The notes under the pieces were generated by a model. It worked only from the letters and a program-made list of their open reading frames with translations, made no database searches and had not been told where the DNA came from. A DNA stretch of 64,000 nt from an uncultured virus (IMG/VR IMGVR_UViG_3300025154_000007) (taxonomy: Duplodnaviria; Heunggongvirae; Uroviricota; Caudoviricetes): IMG/VR virus record IMGVR_UViG_3300025154_000007; one strand, given 5' to 3'. Shown here piece by piece: positions 1 to 10,065 of the stretch; within the stretch, counting starts at the first letter, position 1, and each line of letters opens with the position of its first letter. Made by a program: the position numbers and the translations under genes.

Positions 1-1
1 G

Positions 2-157
2 TCCGCCGCATGGTCCGCCGCATGGTCCGCAGCCGCTATTATTTCCGAAGATCCGATTGCAATTGATTATTTCAATAAAGTTTGGGAAATCTGGAAAGCG
101 GGCTACGGCTATATGTGGGATAAAGATGGTATTTTTTATGTTTATAAAGACTTTTAA
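2..157 (+). CDS. 3' end of a hypothetical phage protein with SAAW repeats (partial, runs off window start)
   Basis: Frame 2 is open from base 2: SAAWSAAWSAAAIISEDPIAIDYFNKVWEIWKAGYGYMWDKDGIFYVYKDF*, stop TAA at 155-157. Encoded by a 12-nt tandem repeat (tccgccgcatgg). Confidence 0.7.
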   Translation, partial: SAAWSAAWSAAAIISEDPIAIDYFNKVWEIWKAGYGYMWDKDGIFYVYKDF

Positions 158-171
158 TATTTTATAAGGAG

Positions 172-393
172 ATGAAAATGAGTAATACAGAGAAAAACAA
201 AATAGAATTAATGAAACAACTAGCTAAAAGCAGAAATAAGTATAGTTGTCCTTTCGATGATTTAAATATAATATTTGCTTACGGTAAATCACATAATAGA
301 CAAGCAACTATAAACGTAATGTTATATGTACTTAGATTAGAAACTGCTTTGGCAGAAACTGCTCTGACAGAAATTGGCCTAATAAATTTTTAA
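172..393 (+). CDS. hypothetical protein
   Basis: ORF with AAGGAGA RBS immediately upstream; in operon context. Confidence 0.6.
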   Translation: MKMSNTEKNKIELMKQLAKSRNKYSCPFDDLNIIFAYGKSHNRQATINVMLYVLRLETALAETALTEIGLINF

Positions 394-403
394 GGAGATA
401 AAA

Positions 404-784
404 ATGGATCAAGAACGGAATCACAAGATTTTCAGTTATGTAACAGAGCGGGAATTCTATGACGGCCTGAATGAAGCGAAAAGGGAAAATCTTTTTGTTG
501 ACGAAAAAGGCCGTGTTGATATCGGCGAATTGCTTGCCGGTATGTGGTTGGCATTCGGGGAAGGCCGGATGGTTGTCGTTCCGCGCGGAGGATTCAAGCC
601 GCCTGAAAAGAAAGAAGAAATAAAACAGGAAGCCATAGAAAATAAGCCAATTAGTACCATGGATTTAGGCACGATATATCCTGCAGCAAATGCGCTTGAG
701 GAATTTATTGAAGAAGTTCCGAAAAAGAAGCGACCTTCAAGAGCCAAAGCGAAAAAGGAAATTGCCGAACCTGCGGCAGAATAA
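404..784 (+). CDS. hypothetical protein
   Basis: AAGGAG RBS; tight spacing to the primase gene. Confidence 0.65.
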   Translation: MDQERNHKIFSYVTEREFYDGLNEAKRENLFVDEKGRVDIGELLAGMWLAFGEGRMVVVPRGGFKPPEKKEEIKQEAIENKPISTMDLGTIYPAANALEEFIEEVPKKKRPSRAKAKKEIAEPAAE

Positions 785-786
785 TA

Positions 787-1686
787 ATGATAGATTTCAT
801 CCAGCTTTGCCGGGATTATGGAATTGATTACCGCATTGATGTGCAAGGTTGGACGAATGTGTTTTGCCCGTACCATTCAAATGGGGATCGCGGATATAAA
901 GGCGGCTTAAATAATAAAGGCGGCTATTTTCACTGTTGGCAGTGCGGCGGCCAGGATGTAAAAAAAGTATTATCGGATATTCTTGAAATATCGTATCATG
1001 AAGCCGGTTCTTTGCTCGAACAATATTCAACGGATATTTCTGTTAGAACCAAACTGAATAAAAAGAAAATATCGGCATCGAAAATAGATTTGCCGATGGC
1101 TGAATTGGATACCCGTTGCAAGAAGTATTTGGCAGGCCGGAATTTTGATTCTGATTATTTACAGGAAAAATATAAATTATGCGGGGCAACCTTGGCAGGT
1201 GAATGGGCCGGGCGATTGATCATTCCTATTTACTATAAAAATAAATTAGTGGCATTCCAAGGCAGAAGTTTATTAAGCAAAGAACGTTGCAAAGAATTGG
1301 GAGTATTGCGGTATAAGACATCAAGCAAGGAAAGATCCATTATTGATCCTAAAAGTATTTTATATGGGTTGGATGATTGCAAGGAAAAATATATAATAGT
1401 AGTTGAAGGTGCGCCGGATAAATGGCGCTTTGGAGATAATTGCGCCGCGACATTAGGAACTTCAGTAACGGATGAACAAAAGAATATTATGCTGAAATAT
1501 GATAGAATAATAATCATATTCGATCCTGAAAAAGAAGCGCAGGAACGGGCATTGAAATTGGGGAATGAATTGAATCTGATAGATAGTAAAAAGAAAGTAG
1601 AAATAATTGATATGGAAAAGAATTATGATATCGGGGACTCTTCGGAAAAAGAAATCAGATGTTTGAAAAAGGAGTTAGGATTATGA
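787..1686 (+). CDS. DNA primase (Zn-finger + TOPRIM)
   Basis: N-terminal CPYH...CWQC zinc finger, RLIIPI...FQGR, IVVEGAPD TOPRIM motif, ATLGT and FDPE acidic motif. Confidence 0.9.
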   Translation: MIDFIQLCRDYGIDYRIDVQGWTNVFCPYHSNGDRGYKGGLNNKGGYFHCWQCGGQDVKKVLSDILEISYHEAGSLLEQYSTDISVRTKLNKKKISASKIDLPMAELDTRCKKYLAGRNFDSDYLQEKYKLCGATLAGEWAGRLIIPIYYKNKLVAFQGRSLLSKERCKELGVLRYKTSSKERSIIDPKSILYGLDDCKEKYIIVVEGAPDKWRFGDNCAATLGTSVTDEQKNIMLKYDRIIIIFDPEKEAQERALKLGNELNLIDSKKKVEIIDMEKNYDIGDSSEKEIRCLKKELGL

Positions 1687-1925
1687 AAAATATACACACT
1701 GAAGTTAAACACTCATTATCAAAAGACGCTTGGAATATTATAGGAACAGAATTAGGCGAAAAATATAAAATTGCTAGAATACCTTATTTTGTTGTTAAAG
1801 ATAGTGAAATACTTACTACTCAAAATAAAAATGAAGCCCTAGAACACGCTTTATTTATTAGTAGATGCTTTAATAATGAATACTATAGAATACATAATTT
1901 AAATCATTTATCTGATTAATAATAA

Positions 1926-3401
1926 ATGCCCAAACTAAAGCCCTATTCTTTTCAGCGCGAAGCGGTTAGATTTATAGAATCTCCGCGTTATCCGGTTCAG
2001 CCCGGCTATGGAATCATTGCAGACGATTGCGGCTTAGGAAAAACAATTGATACTTGTTTAATATCCTACGCCCATTTGGATGAAGGTTCATTTTTAATTG
2101 TTTGTACAGCATCCATGAAACTTAAATGGGCACGAGAAATTTTTAAATGGACAGAGCAAGATTCATATATTATTTACGGAGAAAAAGAATATAAATTACC
2201 GAAAGCAAAATACTATATTATCAATTATCATATCTTAGGTAGAGAAAATAAACTCGATAAGAAAAAAGAGAATAAACGTAAATTATCTTTTAAACGAAAG
2301 GAAGAAAAAAGACAACGTGAATGCAGAATGAACGGAACTATATTCAAAAAATCTCGATATAAAAAAGGAAATATTAGATTAGAAGGATGGATTACTGAAC
2401 TAGCGAAAAAGGATATTATCGGAATATTCCCGGACGAATGTCACCGACTTGCGAATGATGAAACTTGTACATGGACTAAGTGTTTTATGAAACTAGTAAA
2501 AGATATTAACCCTAAAATATTAGTTCCATTATCAGGAACATTAACAAGGAAAAGAACAAAGAATTTATTTCCAATAATAAACATGGTAGCGCCTAAAGTA
2601 TTTCCGAGTAAATATAGATTTTATTGGCGATACTGCAATCCAACTCGCGGATATGCTGGATGGGAATATAATGGATCTACTAATGAAGCTGAACTAAATA
2701 AAAAATTACAAAAAGTAATGATCCGTCGTTTAAAATCCGATGTATTAAAAGAATTACCGCCTAGAACATTCTCAGTTATTCCCATGGAATTGACAAAATT
2801 AGAAGCTAGAAATTATTCATCATTGGATAATGAATATAAAAAACTAATAAATAAACAATCATTACGGGCTAAAAATACTTATTCAGAATTAAAATTATTG
2901 GCATATTTGGCAAAAAGAAACAGTTGTTTCAATTGGATAGACGAATATTTGGAAGATCATGATAAATTGATAATAGCCGCATGGCATAAAAAAGTAATAA
3001 ATGATCTTTACGATAAATATAAACATATAGGATTAAAAATAGATGGAAGCGTTCCTAGCACCAAAAGGCAGGAAATAGAAGATAAATTTCAAACTGATGA
3101 TAAAATAAAAGTGATTATTTTGCAGATAGACGCGGGAGGAGAAGGAATAACATTAACGGCCAGTAACGCCATAGCGATTATTGAAATGCCGGATACACCG
3201 GGGCAATTAATCCAAGTAAGCGACCGGGGGCATAGAATCGGATTGAAGTCAGATACATTTACCATTTATTTTCCTTTTGCGGATGGAACCATTGAAAATA
3301 AAATAGCCGATGAAATAGAAAATAGTTATAAGTCATTGGAAGAAATAATTGACGGAAAAAAAGGTTCCGGGCTATTCAAATACAAGTTCAAGAATCTATA
3401 A
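1926..3401 (+). CDS. SNF2-family (HARP/SMARCAL1-like) helicase
   Basis: ADDCGLGKT (Walker A), DECHRL (DExH), LSGT, MIRRLKSDVLKELP, AGGEGITLT, QVSDRGHRIG motifs. Confidence 0.9.
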   Translation: MPKLKPYSFQREAVRFIESPRYPVQPGYGIIADDCGLGKTIDTCLISYAHLDEGSFLIVCTASMKLKWAREIFKWTEQDSYIIYGEKEYKLPKAKYYIINYHILGRENKLDKKKENKRKLSFKRKEEKRQRECRMNGTIFKKSRYKKGNIRLEGWITELAKKDIIGIFPDECHRLANDETCTWTKCFMKLVKDINPKILVPLSGTLTRKRTKNLFPIINMVAPKVFPSKYRFYWRYCNPTRGYAGWEYNGSTNEAELNKKLQKVMIRRLKSDVLKELPPRTFSVIPMELTKLEARNYSSLDNEYKKLINKQSLRAKNTYSELKLLAYLAKRNSCFNWIDEYLEDHDKLIIAAWHKKVINDLYDKYKHIGLKIDGSVPSTKRQEIEDKFQTDDKIKVIILQIDAGGEGITLTASNAIAIIEMPDTPGQLIQVSDRGHRIGLKSDTFTIYFPFADGTIENKIADEIENSYKSLEEIIDGKKGSGLFKYKFKNL

Positions 3402-3419
3402 TAATAGTAAGGAGATAAT

Positions 3420-3617
3420 ATGATATCCGATGAATTGCGGAATAAATGGAATAAAAAAGTTAATGCCATAAAGGAGGCAATAGAAAATAAATCCATAGAT
3501 TTAAATGATTGGGAAATATCTTTTATAGATTCCATCGATATTCAACTGAATAGTAAAAAAGATATATCATTCAAACAATCATCTATTCTATCAAAAATAT
3601 ATGATAAAATCGAATAA
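3420..3617 (+). CDS. hypothetical protein
   Basis: AAGGAG RBS directly downstream of a TCTATAATA motif. Confidence 0.6.
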   Translation: MISDELRNKWNKKVNAIKEAIENKSIDLNDWEISFIDSIDIQLNSKKDISFKQSSILSKIYDKIE

Positions 3618-3803
3618 TACTTATATTGTTTTTACCAAACATGATTGTTGGGATTCTCGATTTGAAGTATACGTTCAAAAAGTAATCTCATATAAAAATA
3701 ATAAATGGAAAGTGACTTTACTTAATGAAAAAGCGTTTAAATATAAACAAGAAAGTTCAGCAATCAAAGCCGCGCAATTATGCAACGGAGAAATAAAGAT
3801 TAT

Positions 3804-6026
3804 ATGAATGATTATGTAAAGTTTCTCGAATCAAAAAGTAATGAATTTATCGGCGTAGGTTTTAATCCTGAAAAATTAAATAAATATCTTTTCCCGTTTC
3901 AAAAAGTAATAGTTGAATGGGCATTACAAAAAGGCCGAGCGGCTATATTTTCAGATTGCGGAACAGGAAAAACAATCATGGAATTAGCATGGGCCGATGC
4001 GATAATAAAAAAAACAGGCGGAAATGTTTTAATTGTTACACCATTATCAGTATCGTATCAAACATTACGCGAGGGAGAAAAGTTTCATTTCCAACATGAA
4101 AAACAATCACGCGATGGAACAATAAAAGATAAAATAACGATAACCAATTATGAAATGTTGGATAAATTTAACCCCGATGATTTTATCGGAATTGTTATTG
4201 ATGAAAGTTCAATAATTAAATCTTTTGATGGAAAAACTAGAAATATAATTATCAGTAAATTTAGTACGGTAAAATATAAACTAGCCTGTACTGCCACTCC
4301 TTCCCCAAATGATTATATGGAGCTTGGGAACCACTCGGAATTTCTAGGTATAATGACTTATGTTGAAATGCTATCTAAGTATTTTTATCACGACGCTTCA
4401 AATACTTCACAATGGAAATTAAAAGGCCATGCTGAAAATGATTTCTGGAAATGGATTTGTTCATGGGCGGTAATGATTCGGAAACCTTCAGATATAGGTT
4501 TTTCCGATGAAGGCTATAATTTACCTAAACTGAATACAAAACAAATAATAATCCCAAGTGGAATATTACTAAATGCCGATAAAAATAAATTATTTTCTTA
4601 TAAGGCTAGTACGCTTGAAGATCAAAGGCAAGTAAAAAAAGAAACGATGATTCCTAGAATAGAAGCATGTGCGAAACTGGTAAATGCTTCCAAAGAACAA
4701 TGGATAGTTTGGTGCGGATTAAATACTGAGGGTGATTTACTTGAAAAAATGATTGATGGTGCCATTCAAGTTGCCGGTAAAGATTCTATTGAAGATAAAG
4801 AAGAAAGATTAAATGGGTTTATTGAAGGAAAATATAGGGTACTGGTAACTAAAAAAAAGATAGGCGCATTCGGATTGAATCTTCAAAATTGCCATAATAT
4901 GGTTTTTGTTTTTACCGATCATAGTTATGAATTGACATATCAGGCGATAAGAAGGGAATGGCGTTTCGGGCAATTGCATGAAGTAAATGTTTATTTTATT
5001 TCTGCCGATATCGAAGGTCCAATCTTGCAAAATCTGATGCGTAAGGAAAAAGCCGCGCAGAAAATGCAAGATGGGATGTTGAAGTATATGAAAATATATC
5101 AAGATGTATTTAAAACTGAAAATATAAAAGATAACTATAAAGAAGGAAATCAAATGGGCAAAGATTGGGAAATGAAACTAGGCGATTGCGTAGAAAAAAC
5201 AAAAGAAATAGATGGTAACTCAATTCATTATTCTATATTTAGTCCGCCATTCGCATCTCTTTATACTTATTCCAATTCAATTAGGGATATGGGAAATTGC
5301 AAAGATATAAATCAATTCGCTAAACATTTTAAGTTTCTAACCAAAGAATTATTGCGCATAACTATTCCGGGTAGATTACTTTCATTTCATTGTATGAATC
5401 TCCCTACTAGTAAAACGCGAAATGGATATATTGGCCTTGCTGATTTTCGCGGAATACTTATCCAAATGTTTATCGATGCGGGATGGATTTATCATTCTGA
5501 AGTTGTAATCTGGAAAGATCCAGTTACAGCAATGCAACGTACAAAAGCATTGGGCTTGCTTCATAAACAAATAAAAAAAGACTCTACGATGTGCCGTCAG
5601 GGTATACCAGATTATTTAATAACTATGCGAAAACCTGGAGATAATCCAGAACGTGTAAAACATACCGGAGAATCATTTCCCGTTGATGTTTGGCAGAATT
5701 ATGCCAGCCCTATATGGATGGATATTAACCCATCTAATACTTTACAACGCACTTCGGTTAGAGAAGAAAAGGATGAGCGGCATATTTGCCCATTACAATT
5801 ACAAGTAATAGAACGAGGAATACAATTATGGACTAATCCGGGAGATATAGTTTTTGATCCATTTACTGGAATAGGATCGACTGGATATGTTTCATTATTG
5901 CAAGAAAGAAGATTTATTGGGATAGAATTAAAAGAAGTTTACTATAATCAAGCCGTTGCAAATTTGAAAATGGCAAATAAAAAGAAAGGAATGAGTTTAA
6001 TCGGAACATCATTATTTAACGAGTAA
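3804..6026 (+). CDS. SF2/SNF2-like helicase fused to an amino (N4-C/N6-A) DNA methyltransferase
   Basis: N-half: DCGTGKT, VIDESS, TATPSPND, GLNLQ, QAIRREWRFGQ. C-half: GDCVE, FSPPF (motif IV), HICP, DPFTGIGST (motif I), GIELK. Start set to ATG 3804, which overlaps the upstream stop (ATGA). Confidence 0.88.
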   Translation: MNDYVKFLESKSNEFIGVGFNPEKLNKYLFPFQKVIVEWALQKGRAAIFSDCGTGKTIMELAWADAIIKKTGGNVLIVTPLSVSYQTLREGEKFHFQHEKQSRDGTIKDKITITNYEMLDKFNPDDFIGIVIDESSIIKSFDGKTRNIIISKFSTVKYKLACTATPSPNDYMELGNHSEFLGIMTYVEMLSKYFYHDASNTSQWKLKGHAENDFWKWICSWAVMIRKPSDIGFSDEGYNLPKLNTKQIIIPSGILLNADKNKLFSYKASTLEDQRQVKKETMIPRIEACAKLVNASKEQWIVWCGLNTEGDLLEKMIDGAIQVAGKDSIEDKEERLNGFIEGKYRVLVTKKKIGAFGLNLQNCHNMVFVFTDHSYELTYQAIRREWRFGQLHEVNVYFISADIEGPILQNLMRKEKAAQKMQDGMLKYMKIYQDVFKTENIKDNYKEGNQMGKDWEMKLGDCVEKTKEIDGNSIHYSIFSPPFASLYTYSNSIRDMGNCKDINQFAKHFKFLTKELLRITIPGRLLSFHCMNLPTSKTRNGYIGLADFRGILIQMFIDAGWIYHSEVVIWKDPVTAMQRTKALGLLHKQIKKDSTMCRQGIPDYLITMRKPGDNPERVKHTGESFPVDVWQNYASPIWMDINPSNTLQRTSVREEKDERHICPLQLQVIERGIQLWTNPGDIVFDPFTGIGSTGYVSLLQERRFIGIELKEVYYNQAVANLKMANKKKGMSLIGTSLFNE

Positions 6027-6028
6027 AC

Positions 6029-7465
6029 ATGAAAATAACTAAACCCTCAAATGACTCCGAAAGGCGTTTCATCATAAACCTAATAACGGATGATCGATTC
6101 TGTAAAGAATTGATTCCGCTTATAAATAAAAAATATTTCTCATCGATATACGCCAGGGAAATTAGTTCTTGGTGCGTGGAATACTACGATCAATTTCAAC
6201 GTGCGCCTGGAAAAGATATCCAGGATATTTATTATTCTAAAAAGCAAAATATTGAAGATGAAGAAACCGTTGACTTATTAAAAAAATTCCTTTCATCGAT
6301 AAGCAAAGAATATTCAGAGTCACATATCAATAATATCGAGTATGAGATAAAAAATGCCGTAAAGTTTTTAAAACTTAGATCATTGGAAGTATTAAAGAAT
6401 TCCATTATCGATTCTATAGATGATAAAGAACCAAGTAAAGGCGAATCGGCTTTAGCTAATTTCAAAAGAGTAGAAAAATTAAATGGCGAAGGAATAGATA
6501 TATTAAAAGATAGCAGAAAAATAATAGAAGCTTTAACAAAAGAACATAACGAAATAATAACTTTTCCAGGGGCGGTTGGAAAAATAATACCGCCGATATG
6601 TCGTGGTGATTTTATGTCTTTTTTCGGCCCGGCTAAACGTGGTAAATCTTTTTGGTTGTGGTATACGGCTCAACTGGCAATGTCCCAAGGAAACAAAGTT
6701 ATTTATATACCTCTTGAAATGAATGAAACTGCGATAATAAAAAGATGTTGGCCGTCAATTATGGGCCAACCGCTATATAAAAAAACAGTAAATTCGGCTC
6801 ATTTTGAAATGGATGAAGAATCACAAAAGTATAGAATTATTCAAGATTCGGAGGAAAGGGAAGGAATTGATTTAACGTCAATAGAAACCATCCAAAAAAG
6901 ATTAAGGCGATTGTATAGAAAAGGCAAAGTAAGAATAATTCCAATGGTTTCCGCCACAAATGAAATGATAAAATCCGTTTGTGATAATCTGGAATATTAC
7001 GATAATTTTATTCCCGATGTTATTGTTATTGATTACGCCGATTATATGGAAGCGGGAAAAAAGTATACTGATAACAGAGATAAAATAAATACTGTGTGGA
7101 AAGGAATACGAGACTTTGCCAATGAACGCGATATTGCCATGATTACGGCAAGTCATACGGAAAAACATACCTTTGAATCAGATATAAAAACTTCACAAGC
7201 ATCCGAAGATATAAGGAAAATAAATCATGTGACTTTGGCGGTGGCACTTAATGCGACGAAAAAAGAGAATGAAAATAATATAATAAGATTAGGCATGATG
7301 GAAATAAGGGAGGGCAGGCATATAACCGATCAAGCCGTAGTATTACAATGTTTGGATATTGGGCGACCGTGTATAGATAGCCGTCTAAAAAATGATGTAA
7401 TATTAACTAAAATAGATAATACGGAAGATGATGAAGAAGAAAATGATTATAAAAGGAAAAAATGA
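6029..7465 (+). CDS. replicative helicase, DnaB/T4 gp41-like
   Basis: GPAKRGKS Walker A, LEM, VIVIDYADYM, ITASH, SEDIRK motifs. Confidence 0.85.
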   Translation: MKITKPSNDSERRFIINLITDDRFCKELIPLINKKYFSSIYAREISSWCVEYYDQFQRAPGKDIQDIYYSKKQNIEDEETVDLLKKFLSSISKEYSESHINNIEYEIKNAVKFLKLRSLEVLKNSIIDSIDDKEPSKGESALANFKRVEKLNGEGIDILKDSRKIIEALTKEHNEIITFPGAVGKIIPPICRGDFMSFFGPAKRGKSFWLWYTAQLAMSQGNKVIYIPLEMNETAIIKRCWPSIMGQPLYKKTVNSAHFEMDEESQKYRIIQDSEEREGIDLTSIETIQKRLRRLYRKGKVRIIPMVSATNEMIKSVCDNLEYYDNFIPDVIVIDYADYMEAGKKYTDNRDKINTVWKGIRDFANERDIAMITASHTEKHTFESDIKTSQASEDIRKINHVTLAVALNATKKENENNIIRLGMMEIREGRHITDQAVVLQCLDIGRPCIDSRLKNDVILTKIDNTEDDEEENDYKRKK

Positions 7466-7502
7466 TCATTATTTATCTATAATATTATTGGGGGATTAAG
7501 TT

Positions 7503-8615
7503 ATGCTAAATATATTCGATGAAGAAATCAAACATGGGCATATAAAAACTGAAAAAATAATCGATCCACTGCATGTTTTTTTTGAAGTCGCCGATAAAGT
7601 GATAGGAACAAAAAATGAAATGTCTGTATTAAGTGCGATATATAAGCACAATTCAACACTGATTGTGTCAAATGTTAAAGAATTTCTAATAAAAAATTAT
7701 AGCGGCCATGAAGAGGATAGTTTATATAATTACATTCATAGTAAGGCGTATAATAAATTAATTAAATCATCTTTAAATAAAGATGCATTTCCGGCAATTC
7801 CAATTAATGAAATTGATATCACTTGGGTTAATATAAATAAAGTTCAAGCTGGATTAATGCTGAATGCTTTCAAGTTCATAAGCGACGATGAAACCCGTTA
7901 TTTCATGAATGGTATTTATTTTGACTCAGGAAATGCAGTTTCTACAGATGGAAAGCGCATGTTTTATTCTTCCGGGTTTGATAATTTTCCGGCTATAATT
8001 CTTCCTGTTTCAAAGTGTATTTCTTTTATTCTGCAAAAAGGAACAAATATAAAATATGGCATATCCGTAAAATATTCTGTATTTCAATTTGCGTATAAAA
8101 ATGAAGCTTTCACATACTATCTATTCAATATTGAAGGGCAATTTCCTAACTGGGCAAAAATCATACCAGAAAAACAAACATATAGTATCGGCATTCCAGA
8201 TATAGAAAAATGGAAATCAATATATAATATAATAAATCAAATAAAAGTTAAAAAGGGAATATCCCGAATAATTATAAAACCGGAAACGGAATCCAAAGTA
8301 GTCAATGTGTATTTAGATCACGAAATTGGAAAAGAATTAATATTTATCGGTTCAATATTATGGAATGGTTTTTATGATGAGGGCAGGATAAAAAAAGACA
8401 AGGAATTGTATGATGAATTAAATAAAGATAATCCCGTTAAAAAAGAGTATGAATCAAAAGAGCTTATTGAATTGGCAATAAACCCAATATACCTGAATGA
8501 TGCGTTGACATTAAAGCCTTTAAAAGAAATACAGTTTACAAGTTTCAGGAAAGTAATTACATTTGTATATACTGATGGAAGTTTCAATTTAACCATGCCC
8601 ATGGAATTAATATAA
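7503..8615 (+). CDS. DNA polymerase sliding clamp (DnaN/beta-like) protein 1
   Basis: DETRYFMNGIYF, VSTDGKRM, IEGQFPNW, AINPIYLNDAL and terminal MPM match beta-clamp domain II/III motifs. Confidence 0.8.
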   Translation: MLNIFDEEIKHGHIKTEKIIDPLHVFFEVADKVIGTKNEMSVLSAIYKHNSTLIVSNVKEFLIKNYSGHEEDSLYNYIHSKAYNKLIKSSLNKDAFPAIPINEIDITWVNINKVQAGLMLNAFKFISDDETRYFMNGIYFDSGNAVSTDGKRMFYSSGFDNFPAIILPVSKCISFILQKGTNIKYGISVKYSVFQFAYKNEAFTYYLFNIEGQFPNWAKIIPEKQTYSIGIPDIEKWKSIYNIINQIKVKKGISRIIIKPETESKVVNVYLDHEIGKELIFIGSILWNGFYDEGRIKKDKELYDELNKDNPVKKEYESKELIELAINPIYLNDALTLKPLKEIQFTSFRKVITFVYTDGSFNLTMPMELI

Positions 8616-8628
8616 ATAGGAGAACCAT

Positions 8629-9711
8629 ATGAAAATTAATCGTATCAAATTTTTAAGCGTCCTGAAACAAGTAATGCCCGGTATTGAATCTGATTCTGTC
8701 CTTTTGGAAGGATCGGATACATTCATTTTCCACGATGGATTTATCCATACTTATAATGATAATATTTCCGTTTCCATTCCTTTTCCCATCCTTGATAAAA
8801 GCAATAATCCGGTTTCAGGTGCTATCAAGGCAAAAGATTTTTATAATCTTTTGAATCGGTATTCAGGCGATACAATTACTTTGATTCCCAAACTGGATAA
8901 ATGGCTATTGAAATCCGAAAATGCCGTAGCTGAATTAACTTTGCTCGAAAATACCTTGATCGATAAAGTAAAAGGCTTGTCCGATACCAAAAATAAATAT
9001 ATAAATATTCCCGAAAAGTTTATAGAAGGTATTTCCATTTGTTTATTCTCAAGCAATAAATCAGTATTGGCTGGTATATTTGTAGAGAATGAAATTATAT
9101 CCAGTACCGATGAAATTAGGATCAATTGGTATAATATGGTAACTTCTATAAATAATTCTTTTTGGATTACCGATGAAGCCTGCAAGGAATTGGTGAAGCT
9201 GAACAATCTTAAATCCATTTCTATTTCCGATTCCTGGGTACATTTTAAAACGGAAGATAAAACTATTTTTAGTTGTAAAAGACTGAATCAAGAAAACTAC
9301 CCCATTAAAATGATTAAAGAATTGGTTGAAAGGAACCAAAAAGAAAAAACCGATATCAGTAATAGATTGCCCGAAGGATTGATGGCGGCAATAAATAGGG
9401 CGGCGGCATTATCAACAAATATAGAATCATTCGATACTATCAAGTTGACTTTCAGCAATGAAAATATCGAAGTTTATAGCGAGCGGACAAGCGGAAAATA
9501 TACTGAAACAGTAGCATGGGAAAAGCCTTTGAAAAGGGAAATTGAACCGATAAGTATTTTTGTGGATTATGCCATGATTGAAAATGGAATTAAGTATAGT
9601 AAATCATTTTATTTAAAAAAGACTAAGGATCAAAAAAAGGAAAGTATGAAAATTATATTTTCCAACCCTAACGGAATACAGTTGATAAAGACTTTTGAAG
9701 GAGGAGAATAA
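8629..9711 (+). CDS. sliding clamp (DnaN/beta-like) protein 2
   Basis: 360 aa (beta-clamp size); MKINRIKFLSVLKQV start, LAGIFV...SSTDEIRI, NYP, AAINRAA patterns; context between helicase and polymerase. Confidence 0.65.
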   Translation: MKINRIKFLSVLKQVMPGIESDSVLLEGSDTFIFHDGFIHTYNDNISVSIPFPILDKSNNPVSGAIKAKDFYNLLNRYSGDTITLIPKLDKWLLKSENAVAELTLLENTLIDKVKGLSDTKNKYINIPEKFIEGISICLFSSNKSVLAGIFVENEIISSTDEIRINWYNMVTSINNSFWITDEACKELVKLNNLKSISISDSWVHFKTEDKTIFSCKRLNQENYPIKMIKELVERNQKEKTDISNRLPEGLMAAINRAAALSTNIESFDTIKLTFSNENIEVYSERTSGKYTETVAWEKPLKREIEPISIFVDYAMIENGIKYSKSFYLKKTKDQKKESMKIIFSNPNGIQLIKTFEGGE

Positions 9712-10064
9712 TGAATTGTGATATAGAAACGAAAAACGCCAAAATTGAAAGTACAATGCTTGGATATGAAGATCACGGAATATTTTCTTTTTATATACAT
9801 CTTAATTATGACGGATCAGGTCAAAGTGCCGGAGGATATGCCTTAGATAATTATATTAAGGAAAAGGATAAAAGAATTGGAACTGCACTTGGAATGCAAC
9901 TAATAATTGAAATATTAAAAGTATTAAATATAGAATCGTGGGAAAAACTAAAAGGAACATATATCAGAGTGCGAGCGGGTTACGGAAAAGTATATGCAAT
10001 CGGGCATTTAATAAAAAATCAATGGTTAGAATTTGATACATTTTTTAAGGAAAATCGAGAATAA
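9711..10064 (+). CDS. conserved-looking hypothetical phage protein
   Basis: GGAGA RBS, TAATG coupling to the upstream gene. Confidence 0.6.
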   Translation: MNCDIETKNAKIESTMLGYEDHGIFSFYIHLNYDGSGQSAGGYALDNYIKEKDKRIGTALGMQLIIEILKVLNIESWEKLKGTYIRVRAGYGKVYAIGHLIKNQWLEFDTFFKENRE

Positions 10065-10065
10065 T

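Noticed and set aside
1..35. 12-nt tandem repeat as CRISPR or iteron
   Set aside because: No spacers; it encodes SAAW peptide repeats in an open frame.
626..3500. Shared EAIENK peptide in 404..784 and 3420..3617
   Set aside because: Short match in AT-rich, Lys/Glu-rich sequence; likely chance.
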